From Eledone cirrhosa (lineage: Eukaryota), in contig OZ024741.1 of NCBI GenBank assembly GCA_964016885.1, positions 139,748,001-139,812,000 on the forward strand: a stretch of 64,000 nt of DNA, given 5' to 3'. Positions 1 to 14,813 of this stretch are shown piece by piece. The position numbers and the translations under genes are program-made. The first letter of the stretch is position 1; each line of letters opens with the position of its first letter. The notes below the pieces were generated by a model, which saw nothing but the letters and a program-made list of their open reading frames with translations, was not told the origin of the DNA and searched no databases.

Positions 1-1033
1 AGACGAAAAACGCTGACCATCAGGTCAAAAAATGTAAATCAAGTTTCCCTTATTGATTCTACTGCGGGATCCTTCTATCTGTATCAAATAAAGGCAGGAG
101 TAAGTGGATTAACTTCAATGACAATCAATGTTGATCTCGGCAAAACTTAAACTTATGGCGGAGAGAGCCAAAGTAAATATTGAAGTATTTATTCAGAATC
201 AGTAACGACCTAGTCAATTCCCCTCCTAATACACACATACATATACATATAGATTATCATACACATATATATCTACGTCTATACAATTCATGGGTGCAAA
301 TATGCATGCATATAAGAAGTTTGAAATTTTGAACCCGTGTCTATTTATGGTTGTGTCTTTGCATGTTATTGTACTCTGTTATTCAATTTTGAAATAATAT
401 ATGCAGCACACAATATCTCTTAATCTGCCTGAACAATAATATACTTGTAATAATTATTATGATTTCATGCATTTTCTAACAATATACAAAACGTATAATT
501 CAAGAATAATATAAATGAATCACGTTGGTTTTATCACTGTTAAATCAATCACTTCATTGGAAATATCTTTTAATCATACACGTGGTGACGTATAAGATGA
601 AAATATTGATTATGATAAACTAATATAACATTTTAATAATATTTATTAAGTTGACGACACCTGTCAAATAAGACATCAAACTGATTCAATAGTGTATAAC
701 ATTATGGCACAGGACAAGACAATATGTTAGATTTTTCTTGCAAACTCTCTCAATAATATCGCTTCAGGAATACAAATAATGAGTTTTTATGACAGTATGT
801 TAGAAATTGAATGGGGATAAGGAATGCATATGAAATGTGTCAACTGTAACCAATAACCTTGATATTCGTTATGGGAGATAAGATTATGAATGTACTTTAA
901 CGTTCAACAAGGCACATTCATGAAGATATCATGTATGGGTGATAGATTTTATAAATGAAGAGAAGAATTGGGGACAATAGAGATGTAGAAGGTGACACAA
1001 TTTAAAAAGATATTCGCATACACACACACACAC

Positions 1034-1072
<39 letters not shown>

Positions 1073-1150
1073 AAAAAATGAACGGGAACAAAACAGAGAG
1101 GCAGTACGAACAAAGGTTTATTAGTTTCACGCTCTTGAGAGTGGGGTGGT

Positions 1151-1215
<65 letters not shown>

Positions 1216-1293
1216 AGGTTATTGGGTACAGTTGACACATTTCATATGCATTCCTTATACCCATTCAATTTCTAACATACTGTCCTAAAACAG

Positions 1294-1329
<36 letters not shown>

Positions 1330-1577
1330 ATAAGAGAGACGGTTTTATGTGTACATGTAATAAAATTAAGATGTACGAATAGAATCCCCTCCCTCTCTCT
1401 CTCTCTCCATATCTTTCTCTCTATCTCTTATTTATTGTATTTAAACGTCTAGTTGGAATACAAATCGTTGAGTGCTTTACGTCTGTTTACGAAAGAGTCG
1501 GTAGATTAATTGATCAACCAGCTTTCATGAACGGAATATTAGTTATATACTTATAATTTTCTTTGAAGCGCTGAGAA

Positions 1578-1660
<83 letters not shown>

Positions 1661-2011
1661 TGGTGGACTGGCCAGGTTGTCAGGTTGCCGAATGGCAAGT
1701 GAGCTTCAGGGGGCCCACGGTGGCATTGCAACAGCCCAGTGTAGCATTGCAGGGCGCACTGTAGTATTTTAGGAGCCAATGCTTTGCTTTCAACAATTAC
1801 CTGAAATCTAAGAGAAAACATAAAATTAAAAAATATAAATAAATAAAATAATCGAGGAAACCATTTGGTCAACCAATTCCCCAGGGAACTCTAAAAACCA
1901 AAATATACGATGGTGCAAATAGTTGTAATCAATGGTTGTACATTATAATAAATCTAAAGCTTAGTGTACTCTTTCATGCAAGCAAACATACATATACAAA
2001 CAGAAACACAA

Positions 2012-2085
<74 letters not shown>

Positions 2086-2364
2086 GGGTCAGAGAGAGAG
2101 AGAGAGATAGAAATAGATATGTTTCTTTATTAGCTACAGGGGCACAAAAGAAGGGGACAAATACAAAGGGGGAAGTTTACATACAATAAAAACGTGTAAA
2201 ATGTTATCACAAATGCAATTTAAAAATTAGTCGATTTTCCCCAATAGGGGAGACAGTTCATATGGGTAACACATACCCGCGAAAAAATTGAAATAGATAG
2301 ATAGATAGATAGACAGACACACACACCAACACACACACCACACAAGTATATATATATATATATA

Positions 2365-2398
<34 letters not shown>

Positions 2399-2519
2399 CG
2401 TATATTGATTGAGTGTGAAAGACCAAAGATCATTATTGAAAGTCTCTAGATTTCGCAAAATACATATTTTTTATTGGAAAAGATAAGATATTTTTCGGAA
2501 GACTTTCTTTGTACTGTAT

Positions 2520-2606
<87 letters not shown>

Positions 2607-2609
<3 letters not shown>

Positions 2610-3903
2610 GGTGGGGCATAAAAACCGTTACAAAATAAAATGCAAATAGTTCTTGAAAAAAACATTTATTCAAAGATCTGACTTCATCAAATAGTAAGTA
2701 ATATACTATTAAACAACTGCACAAAAATTTATTCGAAATGCTTTCCTCTAACTCTCACCACCGCTGGAAGTCTTCTAGGAAAGTCTTTGATGGCTGCACG
2801 AACAGTTTCCATGGGTATTTTGTCCCATACTTTATTCAGTTTTGATTTTAGAGTTTCAATATTTTGGCTAGGAGTAGAGCAGGTTTCACTCTAACGAATT
2901 GGCCATAAAGAAACATCGACAGGGTTGAGATCTGGTGATGTGGGAGACCACTCTTCCTTACTGATCCATGCAGGACAATGGTCTCTACACCACTGTTGTG
3001 TTATGCAAGCAGTGTGGCTCGTCGCTCCATCTTGTTGGAGAGTCCAAATGTCATCGCCATAAACAGATATGTACCATGGCATCAGTGCTCCTTCCAAAAT
3101 ATCCTTTATGCAAAGTTCTTTGTTAATTTTAACTCTTTGTGGCACAAAAATCAGAGGAGACTTACCTCTTTCAGAAATAGCTGTCCAAATCATCGCTGAT
3201 GCTGGTTTCTGAACACTTTTCCTACACTTGAAGACATTGATTTGAGACTTTTTGCAAGTACTCGATCATTTTGATGATTGTGAGACTGCTGCACAGTGAA
3301 TAACTTCTCATCTGTAAAGATGATGTTTTGCAGCGTGCCATCCTTGATACAGTTCAATAACAGTTTACTTCTGGAGAGCCTCTTTTCAATTGTGGCTGCA
3401 GAAAGAATCTCCCTCTTTTGGAACTTATAGGGTGACATCCCCAGATCATCTCGACATATCCTCCCCATAATTCTCGGCGATGTTTCTGCTTCTTCTGCCA
3501 TTTTTCTCATGGACCTTCTTGGATTACGCCTTATTTTTTCCCTCACACGTTTAACGAGTTTTGGTGTTCTTGAGGTGCGAGGGCGTCTGGATCGAGGTCT
3601 GTCTTTGATCGAGGAAGTTTCCTTAAATCGATCGATTGTCCTTTTGATCAACAATCTATTGATCTTAAGAATTTCCCCCAGTTTAAATATCTCGGGTGGA
3701 GTCAGGCCCTTTTCATGCTTTTCTATTATGAACTTTCTTTTCAATTCTATGGACATTGCAAATTGTTAATGGAGTATTGTTCTGAAAAATAGTTAATATG
3801 GTTATAGTGCATAGATTTGATACAAATATATTAGTTATATTAGCAACATAATGTATTTTTAAATTGATTTAAAACTTTGTAACAGGAATTATGCCCCACC
3901 CTG
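2607..3903 (-). mobile_element. Tc1/mariner DD37D (maT/Bmmar1-like) transposon, full length (~1.3 kb)
   Basis: TIRs CAGGGTGGGGCATAA (2607) and TTATGCCCCACCCTG (ends 3903), with TA on both flanks and transposase remnants inside. Confidence 0.93.
2729..3756 (-). pseudogene. Frameshifted DD37D transposase
   Basis: ORFs 3190-3756 (HTH region, DRPRSRRP, IFTDEK) and 2891-3193 (QQDGA...SPDLNPVD). I count 37 residues between the 2nd and 3rd Asp. C-terminal GKHFE* ends at 2729. Frame breaks near 3195 and 2893. Confidence 0.92.
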
Positions 3904-3905
3904 TA

Positions 3906-4390
3906 TATAGATGAGATCTACAGGACTAGAACTGTTTCATTCTTTAGAAATCATCAGGAATATGGCTGTCCAAAATAAATGTTGTGGTATTTATATATTT
4001 TCAGGTGGTAGGAGAGGGTGGGGAGTGGCATGGGTGGAGGTCATTGGTTGAAAGAAAAAGTAATTCATTAAAAGCTAATTCTTTGAGGATATAATTTATA
4101 TTTAGAGTGACAAAGGCAGAAAGAATTCTATAAACAAGTTAAAATTGGGGTGCCACTCCTTATTTTAAAGTTTCTCTTAAGCTAACAATGTCTATATTTC
4201 AGGTGTCTATAAGATGGTTGGGGGGTCGATCATGGTTGCTCGATTTAGAGAAAAGGGAAATTATTTAAAAGCTAATTCTTTAAAGCTCTACTGAGAGTGA
4301 CAAAGGCCAAGAGAATTCTATAAACCAGTTCAAATATTGGACGCCTATCATTATTGTCATGTCTCTCTTAAGTTATATTTCAGGTGTCAA
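3906..4390 (-). mobile_element. Family E PLE-like terminal repeat (other copies 9668-10131, 24722-24806, 43056-43255)
   Basis: Shared ctacaggactagaactgtttc motif. The minus strand has CTGATGA-TTTCTAAAGAAT-GAAACAGTT. Internal ~190-bp duplication. Abuts TA tracts. Confidence 0.7.
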
Positions 4391-4424
4391 CAGACACATC
4401 GACATTCACACACACACGCACGTA

Positions 4425-4463
<39 letters not shown>

Positions 4464-4549
4464 TTGACCACTGCCACGTCACAATTCTTAGCCATTTTGA
4501 ATCTGTTTCTGGCGGGGATCGCTTTAGAAAATTACCTGTCCTATGAGTT

Positions 4550-4631
4550 TGTTTCCTGACGAGTTCGGAACTCGAGATTTTATCCTTAATAGGATATCTC
4601 AAAACGCGAACGAAACCCGAGGGTAGAGACA
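4550..4631 (+). ncRNA. Type I hammerhead ribozyme motif (family N element ~4462-4918)
   Basis: Stem I TGTTTC/GAGACA; core CTGACGA; stem II GTTCG/CGAAC with inner hairpin GAGAT..ATCCT TAAT AGGAT ATCTC; GAAA; stem III ACC-CGAG-GGT; cleavage triplet GUA. Confidence 0.88.
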
Positions 4632-5110
4632 TAATCATGGTAAGAGTGTACGCATTTCTTCTAACTTTAATGCTATACCTAATTGTGTATGGTTGACGGT
4701 ATATTTAGTCTATTTCTACGTGCTGTTGAAATGTTGGGTATATAATCTATAGCGGTCGGCCGCGAAGAGGCTGCTGTTGTTTATTGATCAAATATTTATT
4801 CATAGGAGCCTTTAATCTTATAGCCTGGTCTAATTGATTTTTTATGTGGTTAATTATGCTAATTGGGAGAGGTAATGGTGTATATATATTATCAAATGAT
4901 TCTATGGGCATACTTCATGATATATATATATTTATATCTGTATTTTTAACTGATGGTCAGTTGATGATAAACATTGATTGCCAAATAAATTAACTATCGA
5001 GATATAAAAGATGCAGAAGCGAAAATCAACCAAACAGTGAGTGTGTTCTGTTATTATTTTTGGCAATATTATTACAATAATATGACCCTCCTCAAGTATA
5101 ACAATATATA

Positions 5111-5202
<92 letters not shown>

Positions 5203-5204
5203 TG

Positions 5205-5560
5205 TATATATAGTGTATTTTGCAATACACTGTATGCTTAATAAAAAGCATTTTGAAGACATTGTGCTATTATTTTAGAGTAGTGACAGACGCACTTACT
5301 TTAATTTCAGCAAACAGGGGGAAATAAAGCTGACAAGGCCTTGTTTCTGCTTTTATTGATGCTTATCAAAGCCAGCTACTCCTCCCGTTTGCTGAGAACC
5401 TGGATGTTTTGGTTCTTATAGAATTCTAGTAAATAATCAGGAACTGATTATACAGAGCGGTTGCCGGTCAAGCAGAAATTAGGATTAGAATTGTTGCTCT
5501 GAAATAGCAAAATACACTATATATACATTCATCATAAATATAGCTATTTCAGAGCAACAG

Positions 5561-5567
<7 letters not shown>
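5205..5567. repeat. Nested foldback element between (TA)n tracts
   Basis: tatatagtgtattttgc (~5206) is inverted at ~5507; attagaattgttgctctgaaatagc (~5484) is inverted at ~5542-5566. Confidence 0.6.
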
Positions 5568-5649
<82 letters not shown>

Positions 5650-6371
5650 ATACCAATCATTTTAAGTTGGAATCTAACTGATATGCAAAAATATATATAT
5701 AGGTATGAGGTAAGCCAAATCATAGTAGATTCAAATATCACAGAGAGGAAGAGAGAGAGATGGAGGGGGAAGAAATGAGGTGCAACAGAAATGAAATATG
5801 GATTACAGGTTAAAATGTAGTCTAGATAGATGAGAATCAAAACGAGGAAGTAGTTTATGGAACACCAAAATGATTTAGAAGTCGATCTTATGTAGAAGCA
5901 ATAACATTACCGAACCACACTATTTTGTATTGAACATTTTCAAAGTAGGTTTATAAGTATGAATTTTCAATAGACTTTCGTAGCTGTCTCAGTGGAGTAT
6001 CGGTATGTACAAGAGACGGTGGATAGCCTGGCCTTGGGTTCAATTCTAGTCAAGAGGTACCTGTAAACGTTTTTAGTTTTTATTTTACAACCAATAGCAA
6101 AAACTGAAAAGGTTTACCAGTAACCCTACTCCCGACCAGGATATAAATTCAGAGCAGGTTCACCACCATCTATGATTCCTCTAACTAAGCCACCTCTATA
6201 AAAGTATAACGCAAATTGATAATTATGGACCTACTTTCAAAATCAAAGTTTAAAAGATGGCTTTCCTAGAGCTATTAGCAATATTTAGGGTCGACATGTC
6301 AAACATCTGGTATTTTTGTAACAAGATCATTATTCCTTTGTGTATATAACAGTTGAGTTAGTAGAATTTGA

Positions 6372-6420
<49 letters not shown>

Positions 6421-7000
6421 GCCAATCATTGCAAGTTAGAACCTTACATGCAAAAACATATATATATATGAATAAAGTAAGCCCAAATCATAGTAGATTC
6501 AAATATCACAGAGAGAAAGAGAGAGAGAGTGGGTGGGGGGAGCAACAGAAATAAAACATGGATTACAGATTAAAATATAGTCTGGATAGATGTGAAACAA
6601 AACGAGGATGTAAATTATGGAAGACCCAGATGAATTAGAAAGTAGGAACAATAACATTAAGAAAGACATGAACGCCTCCACAAAATTTGGGAAGTAAGTT
6701 TATAAGTATGAATTTTGATAAGGATTTCGTAGTTGTCTCTCTGGACTAGCTGTACGGTGAAGATCTTGGCTTTGGGTTCAATTCTGGTAGAGATACATGT
6801 AAACTTGTTCGGTTTTTATTTTACAACCAATACAAAAAAAACTGAAATGATTTACCGGGAACCCTACTCACGACGAGGGTCAAACTTCCTACCAGAATCA
6901 CCAGCTTCTATGATTCCTCCAACTAGACTACTGAGACAGCTACATAAGTATTATGAAAATTGATAATTATAAACCTACATTCAAACTCAAAGTTTAAAAA
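5650..7000. repeat. Diverged tandem duplication (~5650-6260 / ~6420-7000), each unit containing a palindromic element with tRNA-like heads
   Basis: Both units share ccaatcatt..., aatcatagtagattcaaatatcacagagag, gggttcaattct and aaagtttaaaa in the same order. Confidence 0.8.
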
Positions 7001-7247
7001 ATGTTGTGTATTTGGAGTCGGCTACTGGTCGGTAGTGAAAGCCTCTGAATTTGGCAAAATATATAACATATATTATTGGAGAAGGTAAGATATGTTTCCG
7101 CAAAAAATTGATTGCACTGTTTTGTTTCCACTTATGTACTTTTTGAAAATGTTATTTATTCATTATAAAAATTAAATGATAGTATTTTATATGTCGATGG
7201 GGTCCCTTCATCTCCTGGCAACAAAGCTTTTTAGACTCACTCCGCCA

Positions 7248-7294
<47 letters not shown>

Positions 7295-7474
7295 CAATGT
7301 AAAACGAAAAATCAGTGATGCATCGGAACTCAATTTATTGTGTATTACAATTGTGTCCCCGGCGAAAAGCTCGAGGTGAGTTCTGTGTGTGGCTCGACCT
7401 GACTCTAGACTCGCAGGTTCCTCGTACAAGTCTATTGATTTCGGAGCATATCCTCTTTCTATATGTATATATTG

Positions 7475-7536
<62 letters not shown>

Positions 7537-7701
7537 GTGTGGGTGTGTGTGTGTGTGTGTGTGTATACATATATATATATATATGTTTAATTGTATTATA
7601 TATATATATGTATTCGGGCTTACTTTATTCATATATATAATTTTTTGCATGTCAGCTTCAAACTTGTAATGTTTGGCATTATATATATATATATATATAT
7701 A

Positions 7702-8117
7702 GTTATACTTTTGGGAGGGTCATGTTGCCAATAAGAAATACACGCACCAGTTGCTTTCACTTCAATTTATTATAAATTAAATTTATAAATTTAGGAATTT
7801 ATAAATATCCGGTTGGTTCCACAACGAGATGATTGTTCATATATTATCAAAGAAAAGAATCCCCAGTCACCGAAGAGGTCACATAATGTGTGACGAAAGA
7901 ACTTTGACAATATGTTAACAATCATCTAGTTGTGGAACCAACCAAGCAGCCGGAAATTTATAAATTCCTAAAATTTATTAATTTAATTTATAATAAATTG
8001 AAGTGAAAGCATGGTGCGTGTGTTTCTCATTGGCAACACGACCCTCCCAAAGTATAACAATATCGGTTTCAACAGACGTTTTCAGATAAAGAATCTTGCT
8101 AAACAAATTCACAAACG

Positions 8118-8120
<3 letters not shown>
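7702..8120. mobile_element. Family A PLE terminal repeats in foldback, no ORF
   Basis: gttatactttgggagggtcatgttgccaataagaa at left is inverted at right, plus a ~60-bp tail. Degenerate HHR at ~7865-7910. Flanked by (TA)n. Confidence 0.85.
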
Positions 8121-8195
<75 letters not shown>

Positions 8196-8198
8196 GTA

Positions 8199-9466
<1,268 letters not shown>

Positions 9467-9553
9467 GTATATATTTATATTTATATATATATGTATATAT
9501 ATATGTATATTTATATATATATATTTATATATATATATTTATATATATATATT

Positions 9554-9590
<37 letters not shown>

Positions 9591-9619
9591 ATATATGTAT
9601 ATATATGTATATATATATG

Positions 9620-9654
<35 letters not shown>

Positions 9655-10144
9655 GTATATAGTTTTAATATAGATGAGATTCTACAGGACTAGAACTGTT
9701 TCATTCATAAGAAATCATCAGGAATCTGGGTATCAAAAAATAAATATGGTATTTATAGGTCTCTACAAGTGGTAGGAGAGGGTGGGGAGTGGGATGGGTG
9801 CAGGTCATTGGTTGATAGAGAAGGGAATTCATTAAAAGCTAATTCTACATAGCTATAGTTAATTTATATTTATTTATGTTTTTAGAGTAACAAAGGCAGA
9901 CAGAATTCTATAAACAGGTTCCGGAAGGCATGCCATTCCTTGTCAATAAGTTTCTCTTAAGCTAGCAGGTGTCTATAAAATCAGTGGGGGGTCATTCATG
10001 CTCGATAGAATTAAAGAAAAGGGAGATTCTTTAAAAGCTAAAGTCATTAAGTTCTGCTAAGTGACAAAGGTCTAGGGAATTCTGCAGACAGATTCAAAAT
10101 ACTGAGTGCATATCTTACTATTATCTTCGTAATGTATATATATG

Positions 10145-10286
<142 letters not shown>

Positions 10287-10348
10287 CACAAATATATATA
10301 TATACAATGATATTAAATAAATGGAAACTACATTTATAAAACCATATT

Positions 10349-10410
10349 TATTCTATTATATATATTTCAAGGGTACCAAACATTTTGGTACGCTATCATC
10401 AGATAAAATA
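10349..10410 (-). ncRNA. Hammerhead motif, family H (element ~10307-10480)
   Basis: TATTTTAT-CTGATGA-TAGCGTACCAAA..TTTGGTACCCTT-GAA-(AT)n-A-ATAGAATA. Confidence 0.78.
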
Positions 10411-10509
10411 CGAAGTGTGTTTTATAAAGTTTGACATAACCAAGGATAATATACCTTAAAGTTTCAATCTATCCCTGGATAGATAATTATATATATATAT
10501 ACAGATAGA

Positions 10510-10548
<39 letters not shown>

Positions 10549-10587
10549 GTGTATATATATATATGTATGTATATGTATGTTTGTATG

Positions 10588-10620
<33 letters not shown>

Positions 10621-10926
10621 ATATATGTGTGTGTGTGTGTGTGTGCGTATATAAATATATATATATATATATTTATATATATGTGTATGTGTGTGTGTAT
10701 GTGTATGTATATATGTTTTTGTATATATGTGTACATATGTGTGTATGGATTTACGTATATGTGTTTGTTTGTATGGGTGTGTCGATTTTTTATTGCCAGC
10801 GTGTGTGCGCGCGCGTATATGTACGTATATTTATTATATATATATATATACACATATATGTGTGTGTGTTTGTATGTGTGTATAGGTATATATGTATATG
10901 TGTATATGTACAGATATATGTATATA

Positions 10927-11983
10927 TCTGTATATATATAAAATTAAGTATGTGTGTGTTTGTCTGTGTGCCTGTATATACGGGCAATACATCTTTCGAC
11001 CTATTTTCATGAAACTTTACATGCTCATAGATTAGTCCTCGGGGAGTGTTCTATATATCAGCATATCGTTTTTTTATTCCGAGGTCATTCTGCAGATAAA
11101 AATTGATAGGGGTTCGTCACCTTTTTTTAGGTATCGAAAATAAAGATTGTTGGCTGTAGCGCCACTATTTTGCCACCGATTTCGTTCAAATTTTAAAGCA
11201 GAATAGAATTTCTCGTTGCATATCCTGTAATACCTTTATATGTTGCATTTGTCGTTCAGTGACGGCGTTGCAGCCGCTTAAATATTCAAAATACCACTTT
11301 TAGACTCACATTTCCACTGTTTCGGCTCTAGTTCCCACATTAATCAACTTACTTTGTTCAAGTTTTACACTACGCTAGAGCTGATTATGTTACGTCTTAA
11401 AGTAGCTTTACATTTTGGACTTTTTGTTCAGGAACAGCGTGGCAGCCGCTTAAATATTCGAAAATACCATCTTTTCGCTCAAATTTCCGCCTTTTCGAGT
11501 CTAGCTCCCACACTTTTCAACCGATTTCGATCAAATTCGAAACTTCGGCTCCACCTCATACTTCAATCAATTTATTTGGTTCAACTTTTATACTACGATA
11601 GAACATATCATTAGCTCTCACACTTTTCAACGGATTTCGTTCAAATTCGAAACTTCGGCTCCACCTCACACATAAATAAATTTATTTGGTTCAACTTTTA
11701 TACTACGATAGAACCTATTATTGCACATCTTATAGATGGTCAAAGGCAAAACGATGGCCACTGACGTCATCTGAGCTTTTAGTTGTGTATTTGAGAATTC
11801 ATCGGTTTCCAATCAAGTAGCGTGAGGAAATTTGGCTTAGTGTCAGAGGCCATCACCACCCTACCGCGCATGGCCTGTGTGTGGCCATACATGAGTTATC
11901 GAGAAGCAGTCGCTAAGATCAACACCTTTTCATCAACGCAGATATTATTTTACCAACCAAGGCAACGCTGAGTACTGCTGTTA

Positions 11984-11984
<1 letters not shown>
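10927..11984 (+). mobile_element. Non-autonomous Helitron-like element with internal repeats
   Basis: 5' TCTGTATATATATAAAA followed by a tgtgtgtttgtctgt tract. 3' decayed hairpin ccaaggcaacgctgag...gTTAG (CTAG-like). Internal duplications 11265-11345/11440-11520 and 11500-11610/11612-11720. Confidence 0.65.
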
Positions 11985-12055
<71 letters not shown>

Positions 12056-12107
12056 TCTCTTTCCTCCTCTACTTTCGTTGTCAACACCTCCCCATTATAT
12101 ATATATA

Positions 12108-12278
12108 TTAGTAGAGGGTCTGACGCTATGCTTTGCAGCAAAGAGTTACGCCCCTTTATGGTTTGAGTTCAAATCCCGCCGAGGTTAACTTTGCCTTTCA
12201 TCCTTACGGGGTCGATAAAATAAAGTACCAGTAATGCACTGGATAATTGCTGGCCTTGTGCCAAAAGTAGAAACAATT
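12108..12278 (+). mobile_element. tRNA-derived SINE with Nin/Deu-type central domain. Further copies or fragments at ~19320, 26170, 31700-31850(-), 32520, 34935-35145, 35150-35330, 41225(-), 53208, 54775, 57430-57603
   Basis: B-box GAGTTCAAATCC followed by gccgaggttgactttgcctttcatccttacggggtcgataaaataaagtaccagt and a 3' tgctggccttgtgcc-aaagtagaaac. More than 10 copies in the window. Confidence 0.88.
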
Positions 12279-12753
12279 ATATATATATATTTGTATTTTT
12301 TCTCTTTCACCCCCTCTACTCTCGTTGTCAACACGTCCTCTTTATATATATATATATATATTCGTATTTTTTGTTCTCATTTATTTGTTTAGTTTTTCCT
12401 GCTTCTAAACTACTTCCCGTATTTGTGTGTACATTTTTGAGTGGATATATATCTGTGTATATGTATGTGTATGTATTTAGGTTCCAGTCCGTATTTCTAT
12501 GTAGACGCAAATACGCTTATATGAGAAGGTATACGTCTACGTACTATTAGATATATGCGCGTAGTTGAGTGTGTGTATGATTATGTTCTAGATATTTATT
12601 TATACTTTTATATATATATATATTTTTATAAAAAAGAAATAGGATTTCGGAGATACAAAATATTTATATATATTTTAATATTGTTTTCCCCTATTTCCTT
12701 TTCGCCAGTTTTTTTCAGTCTCACTTTCATATTTCCTAAATTTTCACCTTTTT

Positions 12754-12820
12754 TTTTATTCATACTGACAACTGAAGACAGGCACAACACCTGCCTTCAA
12801 GAAACCACTGGTAAATAAAA
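12754..12820 (+). ncRNA. Hammerhead-like motif, family I (element ~12590-12918)
   Basis: CTGAAGA (12772), stem II AGGCA/TGCCT, GAAA, stem III ACC-ACT-GGT, triplet GUA. AATAAAA pairs with TTTTATT, which is offset 11 nt from the core. Confidence 0.55.
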
Positions 12821-12914
12821 TAATTATCTTATGTGGTTTATTACATAACTAATAAGTTCTGTAGCCTACATAGAGCACTCTTTTTTCCTGTACCTGTTCC
12901 GACGGGAATACTTC

Positions 12915-12979
<65 letters not shown>

Positions 12980-12989
12980 TAGATATATA

Positions 12990-14794
12990 TTGTTATACTT
13001 TGGGAATAAGAAATACACGCACCAGTTGCTTTCACTCCTATTTATTATAAGTTAAATTAAATTTAAAAAATGTATAGCTTTCGGTTGGTTGGTTTCACAA
13101 CCGGGCAGTTGTTCATATATTGTCAAAGTTCTTTCGTGACACATCATGTGACCTCATCAGTGACCGGGGATTCTTTACTTTGTTTTGTGCCTCTCATCTG
13201 TTCTATCCTACGCCATCATGTGTTTGTGTGTGTTGTGTGCTTAGTTTGCACAGCTGTTACATCCGAGTGTCTGTGTGTGTTTTTATTTGTTTATTTATTT
13301 GTTTATTTACATGATACTAGTTGGTTGGTTGTTCTATGTGTGTGTATTTTCATTTTGTACTTAATTGTAAGTTGTGATATTGCTATTCCATTCATGTTTT
13401 CTATTTAATTTTGGTTCGAGTTTATTTATGTTTATTGCCTCTGTGATTTGTCTAAACATTGCGTCTTTTCTGTGTGTAGATTTTATTTTTATTTCTATGT
13501 TCTCTAATTTGCCCTTATGTTCTATTTTAGAATGTTGGTGGGGTACTGATGACTCGTTTCTATCTTGAAGCTCTCGACATTTTCATTTAATCGTTCTCCT
13601 ATACTACGAGCTGTCTCACCTATGTACACTATATTTTTATCTTTACATTGTCCCTCAGTACATGTTATGCTATGTACTATGTTTCAAGTTTTGCAGTTAA
13701 TATGGAGGTACCTGGTCTTTCCACTATCTTAATATTTAGTTTATGTTTATCTAGGGCCTTTCTAAATTTGTAAGCTAGTTCACCTCTAGGGGTTGTATTA
13801 ATGAACATTACATTCTGGTATTTATTGCTATCATACCATGAGTTTATTCTATTAACCTTATTCCTAGTTCTTTCTATTCAATTCCAAAATGTGCTCCTAT
13901 AGATGGGGCAGGTCCCATTTGTATAATTATTTACCATTTTTCCCATTATTTAGTAATACATACCCTTTTCAAAGACCTCCCTGTATAGATAAGAAATACA
14001 TAATATGTAAACTAAGCCCCATATTAACTGCAAAACTAGAAACATAGTATGTAGCATAAGGTGTACTGAGGGACAATGTAAAGATAAGAATATAGTGTAC
14101 ATAGGTGAGAAAGCTCGTAGTATAGGAGAACGGTTAAATAAACACTGGGGAGAGCTTCAAGTTAGAAAAGAGTCATCAGTACTACACCAACATGCTAAAA
14201 TAGAACATAAGGCTAAATTAGAGAACAGAAATAAAAATAAAATCTACACACAGAAAAGACGCAATGTTTATACAAATCACAGAGGCAATAAACTTAAATG
14301 AACTCCAACCAAAATTAAATAGAAAACATGAATGGAATAGCAACATCACAGCTTACAATTAAGGACAAAATGAAAACACACGCACACAGAACAGACAACC
14401 AACTAGTAACAAGTAAATAAACAAATAAATAAACAAATAAAAACACTCACAGACACCCGGATGTAAGACATGCGCAAACTATTCACACAACACACACACA
14501 AACAAGATGGCGTAGGACAGAACAAAGGAGAGGCACAAAGCAAAGAAAATAATCCACGGTCTCTGGTGAGGTCACACACTGTGACGAAAGAACTTTGACA
14601 ATATATGAACAACCGTCCGGTTGTGGAACCAACCAACCAACCGAAAGTTATAAATTTCTTAAATTTATAATTTAATTTAACTTATAATACATTGGAGTGA
14701 AATCAACTGGTGCGTGTGTTTCTTATTGGCAACATGAACCTCCCAAAGTATAACAATATCGATTTCAACACGCTAAACAAATTCAAAAACGAAA
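12990..14794. mobile_element. Family A Penelope-like element, large foldback; both arms carry decayed GIY-YIG coding sequence
   Basis: Left arm matches 62624-63800 with deletions. Right arm is its inverse (YIGEKARSIGERLNKHW on + at 14095). HHR copies at ~13120-13165 (-) and ~14558-14600 (+). Confidence 0.9.
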
Positions 14795-14813
14795 TATATA
14801 TATATATATATAT

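Noticed and set aside
7291-7470. Possible additional degenerate hammerhead between TA tracts
   Set aside because: Core reads GTGATGC, stems are uncertain and there is only one copy.
8055-8095. Antisense HHR-like string CTGAAAA..GAAAC in the family A tail
   Set aside because: Core mismatched and variable among copies, stems weak, and opposite to the ORF. A much better sense HHR exists at 62780-62824.
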